This document shows positions 56,547 through 64,000 of a stretch of DNA of 64,000 nucleotides, in pieces. Source of the stretch: Escherichia phage JSE; the sequence record EU863408. The stretch is one strand, 5' to 3'. The first letter of the stretch is position 1. The number at the start of each line of letters is the position of its first letter. Made by a program: the position numbers and the translations under genes. Under the pieces are notes generated by a model. It was not told where the DNA came from. It saw nothing but the letters and a program-made list of their open reading frames with translations, and ran no database searches.

Positions 56547-58037
56547 ATGGCAGATTTGAAACATGGATCTACTGTAGGCGGATCTCCCATTTGGACGCAA
56601 GGAAACTTGACGATCCAGCCAGCGGGGGATCAGCTTTTCTACAAAGGTCATAAAATCTATACCGCTTTTGATAAACCTTCGGCTGCCGATTTTGATGCTG
56701 TTAGTGCTAAAGACGGTGGCACATTTCAAAAGCAGGTCCATTTTGAGGAAGGTTTAAGCGTAGGTAGCGCATCGGCTGGAGAAACCAAAAAGAACGGGAT
56801 CTTTAAAGGAAATAGTGATGCGGCTAACTTTGATGGTGTAAGTTGGGGTTTGCATTCGTGGAAATCTATTGGTTTTGTTAATGCCCGTGATGGCGTTATC
56901 ATGGCTTATATTGACACTACCACAGGTGATTTTAAAACTAAAGGGACTATCGAAGGGACAACCATTAAAGACACAGGTCAACGCGTCTATAGCCCTGTTA
57001 ATAAACCAACGAATAATGATTTAGATTTGGTGTCTCGTCGCGGTGATACCCTCACAGGAACATATAATTTAAACACTGTCACTGTTAAACTATCGGTTGA
57101 TTCGAAATTAATTGCAAGGGAACGTGATTTAATTAATTTTGATGCGACTAAGATCTATTATGGTAACGTTCTTGATACGTTGGTCTTCCGAAGTAAAGAT
57201 GAGCCTACCATTTTTGTTAATGGCAGAGAAGGTCGTTTTTATCACACCAACAATAAACCAACTAAAGCCGATGTTGGGCTAGGCAATGTCACCAATGATG
57301 CACAGGTTAAACGTGCTGGTGATATTATGGAAGGTAACTTGCAAGCGCCTAGAATGTTGGCGACAAACGATCCGGCTGGTCCTAATGAATTGGTTCGTTT
57401 GAGCTACTTTGAGAGAAAATCAATGGTAGCAAATCCAACCATCATTGGAAACGTTGATTGGAACACTCTTATTAATCGCGGTATCTATCGTGTGGAAAAT
57501 GCTGGGTCAGGTACTAATAAACCGTCTGATAGCTATTATAACGGCGTTTTGATGGTATATCGCCCAGAAGATGCGGTCGGTACTCGTCGAATTGTTCAGG
57601 TGTATTATCCTGAATCTATTGACCATCCGATGTGCTGGCGTTCGTGTTCTAATGAATCATGGACTGCATGGAACTATGTAGATCACCGTAAATTAGCCGA
57701 TATTCGCTATGTTAACGTAACTGGCGATACCATGACAGGACCGTTAACTGTTCCGGCTGCAAACGGTGTTAGAACAGCTAGAGGTGCATATAATGGTGAT
57801 AACTACTATGCTGGGTTAAATAGTGCCGATGGCACGGCTATGATTCACCGTATCAGCGATATTAAAGCCACTGAAAAATTGGGTATTACACATGATTCGA
57901 AAGCTGTTTTCGTTAAATCGCGTGGAAATACTCAAGCCACAGACCGCTATGAACTTTACCACGAAGGGCATAAACCTACCCCTGCCGAAGTTGGCGCGGT
58001 TCCACTTAATGCGGTGATTGATTTTGGTACTTTCTAA
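56547..58037 (+). CDS. 36: long tail fibre distal-half proximal subunit gp36 (enlarged)
   Basis: N-terminus MADLKHGSTVGGSPIWTQGN ... PAGD..FYK matches T4 gp36; 496 aa versus 221 aa in T4; TATAAATA at 56506-56513. Confidence 0.8.
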   Translation: MADLKHGSTVGGSPIWTQGNLTIQPAGDQLFYKGHKIYTAFDKPSAADFDAVSAKDGGTFQKQVHFEEGLSVGSASAGETKKNGIFKGNSDAANFDGVSWGLHSWKSIGFVNARDGVIMAYIDTTTGDFKTKGTIEGTTIKDTGQRVYSPVNKPTNNDLDLVSRRGDTLTGTYNLNTVTVKLSVDSKLIARERDLINFDATKIYYGNVLDTLVFRSKDEPTIFVNGREGRFYHTNNKPTKADVGLGNVTNDAQVKRAGDIMEGNLQAPRMLATNDPAGPNELVRLSYFERKSMVANPTIIGNVDWNTLINRGIYRVENAGSGTNKPSDSYYNGVLMVYRPEDAVGTRRIVQVYYPESIDHPMCWRSCSNESWTAWNYVDHRKLADIRYVNVTGDTMTGPLTVPAANGVRTARGAYNGDNYYAGLNSADGTAMIHRISDIKATEKLGITHDSKAVFVKSRGNTQATDRYELYHEGHKPTPAEVGAVPLNAVIDFGTF

Positions 58038-58041
58038 TTTT

Positions 58042-58066
58042 AGCGGGGATTATCTCCCCGCTTTTC
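58042..58066 (+). terminator. terminator after gene 36
   Basis: AGCGGGGA-TTAT-CTCCCCGCT then TTTT. Confidence 0.6.
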
Positions 58067-58107
58067 TAAATAATATTATTCTAATAACCGTTTAAGGATT
58101 TTATAAA

Positions 58108-61017
58108 ATGGCAGATTTAAACAGAATCCAATTTAAACGTACTAGCACGAAAGGTCGTAAACCTGATGCTACTACAATGACGCAAGGTGAACTTGCTATC
58201 AACCTGCATGATTATTATTTGTTTACAAAAAATGACTCTGGTTCTATTATTAACTTAAGCTGTCCTCCGATCTATGACCGCGATGTTATCATGGCTGGTA
58301 AAGTAAAGGGAGATTATTACATTTTAGGTAAAACCGCCAATTATCTTGAAGATCAGACAGCGAGAGACCTTAACCGTTTTGGAGCATTCCGTACCAACGG
58401 TCTAGATGGATTTTTAGATTTGACCTTGCATGTTCCTCATTCTGCTGGCGTTCAACATGGTCGAGGATTTACTTTCCGTTATGCGACTGGCGGATCTCGT
58501 GTTGAAACATATGGGTATAATGCACAGGGACAAAAAGCATTTAGCTATAAAATGTATCATGAAGGTGATAAACCAACTCCAGGAGAACTGAACGTTTATA
58601 GCAAACAAGAAGTAGATAGAATGTTTGTTAAAAACGTTAAACTTTCTACAGGTTCTGGTGATATCGTTGACGGTTATTTTAAATTAGCGACTGCGATGAT
58701 TCCACAAGACGGTCGTAGTGTATTTTTCCGTATTCATGGTGGTAACGGATATAACATTACTGCATACGATCAAGTTGATATTGTAGAAATTGTTATTCGC
58801 AGTGGAAATAATCGTCCTAAAGGTGTTAACGTTATTGCATACCGCCGAAATACAAACAAAGCATTTGATGTTTTGGCTGTTAATACTTCTGGTGATAACT
58901 ATGATATCTACGTGAAATATCAGCGTTACACTGATAACGTTATTGTTGAATTTGGTAAAAGTGTTGATGTTAATCTGGTAGTCCATGACGTTCCAGACTT
59001 TGTTGTTGATCGTCCTGTTGGCGATAATGTTATTGGCGGTCGCGCGGTAACTCTTTTCAACACCGAAAACAAACGAGGTGTGTTGAGTTTTGACGACAAT
59101 ACACAAAACAGCTATGATATTGTTCACATGAGTAATGATAAAGGTACTGGACGAAAATATATTCGTAAATTCCGTAGTAACTATAATGAAATGATCTGGC
59201 ATGAGACGGTTCAAGGTAACGTATATCGTTTAGCTACTGGAACTACCGACGCAAACGAAGTTCTCAAAATTACCGACCGCACGTTGCAAACTGGCAATGC
59301 TGTTTTTGACGGTGGTAATAATAATGTTCGTTTACATCGTAAAACCGGAAAAAGTAACTATCTGGAATATTATGATGCCCGTGACGGAGCAAATAAACGT
59401 CAGGGATATATTGGGTATGGCGATGCCACAACTAACCAGTTGTCAATTATTAACGAACTCTCCGAAGGTAATAACTCGATTTTCTTTAACGAGACAGGTC
59501 AAATTTCACTTAACGTAGGAAAGACAAAAATTGTTCATAGCAACGGACAATATATTTCTACCAACGCCGATAACTATCGTATAATTTATGGTAATTATGG
59601 AACATTCTGGCGAAATGATAGCGTTAAACTTTATCTCATGTCCACTGCCGAAAATGATAAATGGGGTACTTGGAATAGCTATCGACCATTCATTTACAAC
59701 CTAACCAGCGGCGATGTTCAATTGGGTGGTGATGGTAACGAATCGGCATTAACGTTAGAATGTGCTTCTCGTGCCGCTCGCTTTAGTAATGACGTTTACA
59801 TTAAGAAAGGGCTTTTGACTTTCGACGCTGGGCGATTAGGATCTCGCGATTATATTAGATTTAATCATTGGGGCGATAGCAATAACGGTCGCGATAACAT
59901 CCTACAGATTGAAGACAGTCAGGGCGCACATTTTACCACTGAACGTGCTATGGGTACTGGTAACATAACAGCACGTTTTAAAGGCTTTGTTCGTGTTGAG
60001 TCTGGTGAGATTGCATTTGATGCTAATCGGGGGTCGCAGTCTCAATTTACCTTACACACATGGGGTAACGAGCAACGCAAACAGGTTTTTGAATGTAAGG
60101 ATGCTACAAGTTATCACTGGTATACTGAACGTACTCAGGGTGGCACTGGACCTATTCTGTTCGTTATGGCGGGTAGTCTAAACGTTGGTAGCAATATCAC
60201 AACAACTGGTCCGGATATTACGTTTAAACGCGCTGGCAATAAGCACATCTGGTTTAGAGATCCAAACGGCTTAGAGTTAGGCTTGATGTACTGCGATGAT
60301 GCTGGTGCTATTCGCTTCCGTGGTCAGAAACAAGCCCAGGCGTGGAAATTTGCAGATAAAATGATCCAGTTGGAATCTGGCACTGTATCCGGTGGCGGTA
60401 ATGGCCTGATTCGTGGTGAAGTTGCTGGCGGTAGTTGGGCTAGCTGGCGTGACCGTGCTGCTGGCCTTATGGTTGGGTGTCCTCAATCAACCAATTCCGC
60501 TCATAACATCTGGAAAGCTACTCATTGGGGTCAATATCACATTGCAGCAATGGGTGTACATGTTCCTAACGGTACTATCGGTGATGCTATAGCTCGCCTA
60601 AACGTTCATGACGCCAACTTTGACTTTAGCGCCTCCGGTGACATGTCGGCAGGGCGTAACGGTTCGTTTAACGATGTTTATATTCGTTCTGATGCTCGCC
60701 TTAAAATCAATAAGGAAGAGTATAAGGAGAATGCCACTGATAAAGTTAATCGCTTGACTGTGTACACCTACGATAAGGTTAAATCTTTAACTGACCGTAG
60801 TGTTATCGCCCATGAAGTTGGTATTATTGCTCAGGATCTTGAGAAAGAATTGCCGGAAGCAGTAACAACTTCTAAGGTCGGCGACCCAGATAAACCAGAA
60901 GAGATCTTAACAATTTCTAACTCTGCTGTCAACGCTCTTTTAATTAAGGCGTTTCAGGAAATGAGCGAAGAATTGAAAGCCGTTAAAGCTGAACTAGCGG
61001 AACTTAAAAAGAATTAA
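58108..61017 (+). CDS. 37: long tail fibre distal subunit gp37 with C-terminal intramolecular chaperone (peptidase S74-like) domain
   Basis: N-terminus MADLNRIQFKRTS ... GELAINL matches T4 gp37; C-terminus SDARLK...GIIAQDLEKELPEAV...coiled coil matches the endosialidase-type chaperone domain. Confidence 0.85.
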   Translation: MADLNRIQFKRTSTKGRKPDATTMTQGELAINLHDYYLFTKNDSGSIINLSCPPIYDRDVIMAGKVKGDYYILGKTANYLEDQTARDLNRFGAFRTNGLDGFLDLTLHVPHSAGVQHGRGFTFRYATGGSRVETYGYNAQGQKAFSYKMYHEGDKPTPGELNVYSKQEVDRMFVKNVKLSTGSGDIVDGYFKLATAMIPQDGRSVFFRIHGGNGYNITAYDQVDIVEIVIRSGNNRPKGVNVIAYRRNTNKAFDVLAVNTSGDNYDIYVKYQRYTDNVIVEFGKSVDVNLVVHDVPDFVVDRPVGDNVIGGRAVTLFNTENKRGVLSFDDNTQNSYDIVHMSNDKGTGRKYIRKFRSNYNEMIWHETVQGNVYRLATGTTDANEVLKITDRTLQTGNAVFDGGNNNVRLHRKTGKSNYLEYYDARDGANKRQGYIGYGDATTNQLSIINELSEGNNSIFFNETGQISLNVGKTKIVHSNGQYISTNADNYRIIYGNYGTFWRNDSVKLYLMSTAENDKWGTWNSYRPFIYNLTSGDVQLGGDGNESALTLECASRAARFSNDVYIKKGLLTFDAGRLGSRDYIRFNHWGDSNNGRDNILQIEDSQGAHFTTERAMGTGNITARFKGFVRVESGEIAFDANRGSQSQFTLHTWGNEQRKQVFECKDATSYHWYTERTQGGTGPILFVMAGSLNVGSNITTTGPDITFKRAGNKHIWFRDPNGLELGLMYCDDAGAIRFRGQKQAQAWKFADKMIQLESGTVSGGGNGLIRGEVAGGSWASWRDRAAGLMVGCPQSTNSAHNIWKATHWGQYHIAAMGVHVPNGTIGDAIARLNVHDANFDFSASGDMSAGRNGSFNDVYIRSDARLKINKEEYKENATDKVNRLTVYTYDKVKSLTDRSVIAHEVGIIAQDLEKELPEAVTTSKVGDPDKPEEILTISNSAVNALLIKAFQEMSEELKAVKAELAELKKN

Positions 61018-61057
61018 GGAAACTCCCAGGGAAGGGAACTACTAAGGAGAAACGGCT

Positions 61058-61297
61058 ATGGTCTATAATATCGTCATTGGTGCTTTGTCTAATTTCGGAA
61101 TGAAATTATTGTCAAAGTTAATTAGTGAAAAGATGCTCACTAAAATTTTCTTCTATTGCGCTCGTCGTCTTGCGGCTTATACCAATACGCCAATTGATGA
61201 TCGTTTTGTGGAAGAACTTTATAAGGAGTTTAATAAAGATCAGTCAGAAGATAGTAACGAGCAAGATAAACCTAGTGATAGTCAACTACCTAAATAA
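61058..61297 (+). CDS. hypothetical small protein in the gp38 slot
   Basis: 79 aa; strong AAGGAGA site; amphipathic N-terminus, acidic tail; no similarity to gp38 recognised. Confidence 0.4.
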   Translation: MVYNIVIGALSNFGMKLLSKLISEKMLTKIFFYCARRLAAYTNTPIDDRFVEELYKEFNKDQSEDSNEQDKPSDSQLPK

Positions 61298-61330
61298 GAG
61301 TACACTGTCATAGTTATCTTAGGGCATTAT

Positions 61331-61987
61331 ATGCAAGTTTCTGAAAAAGGGAAAGACTTTGCTATCTCAAATGTCCTGCGCGCTATTTTCACAACTAAAA
61401 GCACGGAGTTGCTCGTACTTCGTGTTTTTGCTGCCGTCGTGTTGTCCATATTGGCATTTGTCGTTTATAGTAAAAACGAGTTATTTGCGCTTTATAAAGA
61501 GACTCGTTATGAGACTTATGCTCACATTCTCCAGGTAGAGAAAGACCGCAATTTTGATAATGCAGCACAGGAGCAGTTACAGATAGTTCATGTATCGGCT
61601 GATGCCGATTTTTCTGCTGTTTTTAGTTTTCGTCCGAAAAACCTAAACTATTTTGTTGATTTGGTGGCATATGAAGGAAAGCTACCGCATACAATCGATG
61701 AAAAGAATTTAGGCGGATTCCCTATCAATAAAACGAGTGAAGAATATCGTAGGCATCTTTTAGGTAAATCATATTTTACCGATAAAGATTTCCAGTATAT
61801 TCCATCAAGAGAAAAGAAATTAGAGAGTATCGATATAGGGGTTATGTATTCTTGTCCTATATTCAATCTCGACAATGTCTATTCTGGTAGTATCTCCATT
61901 GCATGGAAGAATAAACCGGATATTGACATTGAGAATTTAGATACTCTTTGCAATCAATCTGCCAGAATCCTCGGAAGGATTAGATAA
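61331..61987 (+). CDS. t: holin
   Basis: 218 aa; colinear with T4 holin T (LEQLQIVH.S.EADFSAV.SFRPKNLNYFVD..AYEGKLP, ARILGR). Confidence 0.9.
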   Translation: MQVSEKGKDFAISNVLRAIFTTKSTELLVLRVFAAVVLSILAFVVYSKNELFALYKETRYETYAHILQVEKDRNFDNAAQEQLQIVHVSADADFSAVFSFRPKNLNYFVDLVAYEGKLPHTIDEKNLGGFPINKTSEEYRRHLLGKSYFTDKDFQYIPSREKKLESIDIGVMYSCPIFNLDNVYSGSISIAWKNKPDIDIENLDTLCNQSARILGRIR

Positions 61988-61993
61988 CTTAAA

Positions 61994-62024
61994 GGGGAAG
62001 CCTTTAGGCCTCCCCTTCTTTTTA
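61994..62024 (+). terminator. terminator after holin t, possibly bidirectional
   Basis: GGGGAAGCC-TTTA-GGCCTCCCC then TTCTTTTTAT. Confidence 0.6.
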
Positions 62025-62270
62025 TTGGCGCATAGAAGCCCCTGAATCACATTTTGACGCTGTATGATGAAAACAGGTAGCGTACCAGTCATCGGCTTGT
62101 TTGTCTTCGTCAGAAAACGCGTAATTGCGTTGTATACCGTTTTCTACTTTGACCAGTGCAATAGCTGTTTCTGGAAGATCAATCAATCGGACAAAATCAC
62201 CATCTTCCCACTCTACACGAGCAATATCATAGCCCATCTCAAAGTATACAATCGCTTGTTCTAATTTCAT
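62022..62270 (-). CDS. hypothetical protein
   Basis: 82 aa ORF; no similarity to T4 AsiA recognised. Confidence 0.4.
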   Translation of the reverse strand: MKLEQAIVYFEMGYDIARVEWEDGDFVRLIDLPETAIALVKVENGIQRNYAFSDEDKQADDWYATCFHHTASKCDSGASMRQ

Positions 62271-62596
62271 TCTGGAAACTTCCCGTAAACATTCTCTGCC
62301 AACTTACGTGCATCTTTTACAATATCTTTCATGTAATGACTATAATTTTTAGCTAGATCAATGATGCAATCAACAAAGAAGTAATAGCGTCGCAGTGCTA
62401 CCAGCTCAACATCTTCAAGATGACCATTTTCTCCAATCGCTGAAATGTGTTTAAATTCCTTTCGGATCGCGTCCATCGCTACATTAACTTCTTTTATAAT
62501 ATCTTTCGTATTATATGCACCTCGACTAATCAAAATTTTGGTTAGGTCTTCTGCTTTTTCTTGAAAGTTGTCAATTTCAAACTCGATCATAATCAC
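62267..62596 (-). CDS. hypothetical protein (paralog of 62705..63037)
   Basis: Shared C-terminal ...AENVYGKF / ...TENIFGKF. Confidence 0.45.
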   Translation of the reverse strand: MIMIEFEIDNFQEKAEDLTKILISRGAYNTKDIIKEVNVAMDAIRKEFKHISAIGENGHLEDVELVALRRYYFFVDCIIDLAKNYSHYMKDIVKDARKLAENVYGKFPE

Positions 62597-62704
62597 CTCT
62601 CATAATTTCACGCTGTTGTTTCAACATTTTTTCGTGGTTTGCTAATTCTATACCTTGTAATAGCATAACCAGTGCAATTTTCAATGATTCATCATCTTTC
62701 ATAA

Positions 62705-63037
62705 TCAAAATTTACCGAAAATATTCTCTGTCATAATTCTTGCTTCGTCGATTATTTTCGTCATGTTCATGGTGTAGTTATGATCATTTAGTGCTTTAAT
62801 AACAACGAGCAAGGAATCTAAAAACACTCGATACCGGGTATATTCTACGCTATTTGTGAATACCGATGTTTTCTCGACTTTATCGATCAGATAGCCTAAA
62901 ACCGATAGCGCCTCGTTTACTTCCCTTGTTACTTTATCGGCGCTAAACAACACCGGATAAAGACGCGGTGTGATTAACCGCGCTGCCTCTTTCAATTCGG
63001 TCGCTTTCCATGATTCATATTTGTCATAGTTAAACAT
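62705..63037 (-). CDS. hypothetical protein (paralog of 62267..62596)
   Basis: 110 aa. Confidence 0.45.
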   Translation of the reverse strand: MFNYDKYESWKATELKEAARLITPRLYPVLFSADKVTREVNEALSVLGYLIDKVEKTSVFTNSVEYTRYRVFLDSLLVVIKALNDHNYTMNMTKIIDEARIMTENIFGKF

Positions 63038-63049
63038 TATATAATCCTC

Positions 63050-63382
63050 TTACAGATGAAAACCTGTTACGATCACCGCATCGATCATACCGCTAGGAAT
63101 AAACGGTTCGCCCTCTTTTATTTCAACTTTGAATTGATGCCATTTCGCTAATACTTCTTCCGGTACACCCAGCGATTCGGCGTCTGCTTTAGTTTCATCC
63201 ATAATCCAACTAGGCTGCATGAGCGCATAGTTTACATAGTCCATTTCTGGGGTCATGTCATCAATGTTAATATATTTGCAGTTGACGCGTTTCAGAATTT
63301 CAAATTCTTTATTATCAACCTGTACCATGTATAATTCAGTAGTTTCTGGGATCAGTTCCCACACAATCAGTACATTTTTCAT
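63050..63382 (-). CDS. hypothetical protein
   Basis: 110 aa ORF. Confidence 0.45.
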   Translation of the reverse strand: MKNVLIVWELIPETTELYMVQVDNKEFEILKRVNCKYINIDDMTPEMDYVNYALMQPSWIMDETKADAESLGVPEEVLAKWHQFKVEIKEGEPFIPSGMIDAVIVTGFHL

Positions 63383-63390
63383 AGTTCACC

Positions 63391-63759
63391 TCACTTAACA
63401 AAGATTTTCTTTAATGCTTTCAGGATCGTTGCTTCCGGCGCTTCTTCCGGTGGAGGAAGCAATTCTACCACTTCCTCTTCCAACTCGATATAGTCTACCA
63501 GATATTCTACATAGAATGCAAGTGCTTCCATGAAATTAGATGCTACATCCGATTCACCACAAGCGCCTACATGCATTGTATAAACATCACTGCGATCAAG
63601 TTTGTGGATGCTTCCCAGATAGTTTCGGTTATACCAGACTTCCCACACTTTCAGCTTTCCGGTTTTGGTTGCTGTTTTATAATCGGTTTCGTAATGATGC
63701 AATTGACGTTGCAAATCATTGATAATAACACATTTTTCGTAATTGTTTTGAATTTCCAT
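63391..63759 (-). CDS. hypothetical protein
   Basis: 122 aa ORF. Confidence 0.45.
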   Translation of the reverse strand: MEIQNNYEKCVIINDLQRQLHHYETDYKTATKTGKLKVWEVWYNRNYLGSIHKLDRSDVYTMHVGACGESDVASNFMEALAFYVEYLVDYIELEEEVVELLPPPEEAPEATILKALKKIFVK

Positions 63760-63769
63760 GATGTAATCC

Positions 63770-63961
63770 TCACTTATCGTTAAGAAGTTCTAAAACTTTC
63801 TGTCGTACTTTGTCAATATTAGTTGATTCAAAAACTGTACGGTATCCCCAGCTTTGACCGTATGATCGCGAGCAATCCCCATATCCCCATTGTTCAACCT
63901 GATAGTATTCAAGGAATGGGTGCTGCCGAACTATGATACCATCGCGATTAAAAATTACCAT
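63770..63961 (-). CDS. hypothetical protein
   Basis: 63 aa ORF. Confidence 0.35.
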   Translation of the reverse strand: MVIFNRDGIIVRQHPFLEYYQVEQWGYGDCSRSYGQSWGYRTVFESTNIDKVRQKVLELLNDK

Positions 63962-64000
63962 AATATAATCCTCACGTCAACAACTTATTTTCGGTTGTAC

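Noticed and set aside
62577-62702. 41 aa ORF overlapping the start of 62267..62596
   Set aside because: No convincing ribosome-binding site and a 20 nt overlap with the downstream gene; insufficient support
1-64000. Integrase, repressor, attachment site or other prophage/lysogeny module; host genes
   Set aside because: None found; the whole window is a lytic T4-like gene set

Overview
This window is a contiguous block of a T4-like (Tevenvirinae-type) myovirus genome, with no host DNA, rRNA, tRNA, CRISPR or lysogeny genes found. Gene content and order follow phage T4 from the head genes to the holin: 68-21-22-23-24, hoc, inh-like, uvsW, uvsY, baseplate genes 25-26-51-27-28-29-48-54, alt, DNA ligase 30, 31, cd, pseT, rnlA, nrdB, nrdA, td, frd, 32, 59, 33, dsbA, rnh, tail fibre genes 34-35-36-37 and holin t. 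Between these conserved blocks sit hyperplastic regions (about 23.3-31.4 kb, 39.2-39.8 kb and others) packed with small minus-strand ORFs, each preceded by a roughly 70 bp cassette of TTGACA, a 16-18 bp spacer that is usually a GC palindrome, a TATAAT-like -10 and a Shine-Dalgarno site. This matches the promoter-early stem-loop (PeSL) architecture that I recall being described for RB49-type phages. The most interesting items are: a seven-member paralogous small-protein family with an HxHW motif, two members of which are frameshifted at homopolymers; a gp27 baseplate hub gene split at an A6 tract; a four-gene operon with a ParB-like/DUF262 protein and a cytosine-5 methyltransferase-like protein; a CYTH-domain protein between dsbA and rnh; a thymidylate synthase with a roughly 120 aa internal insertion; a SLOG/DprA-like protein after gene 24; and a gp37 tail fibre ending in a peptidase-S74-like intramolecular chaperone domain with no gp38 present. 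All calls rest on reading the translations and DNA by eye; no database search was run. Starts that I adjusted from the ORF track may be off by a few nucleotides.
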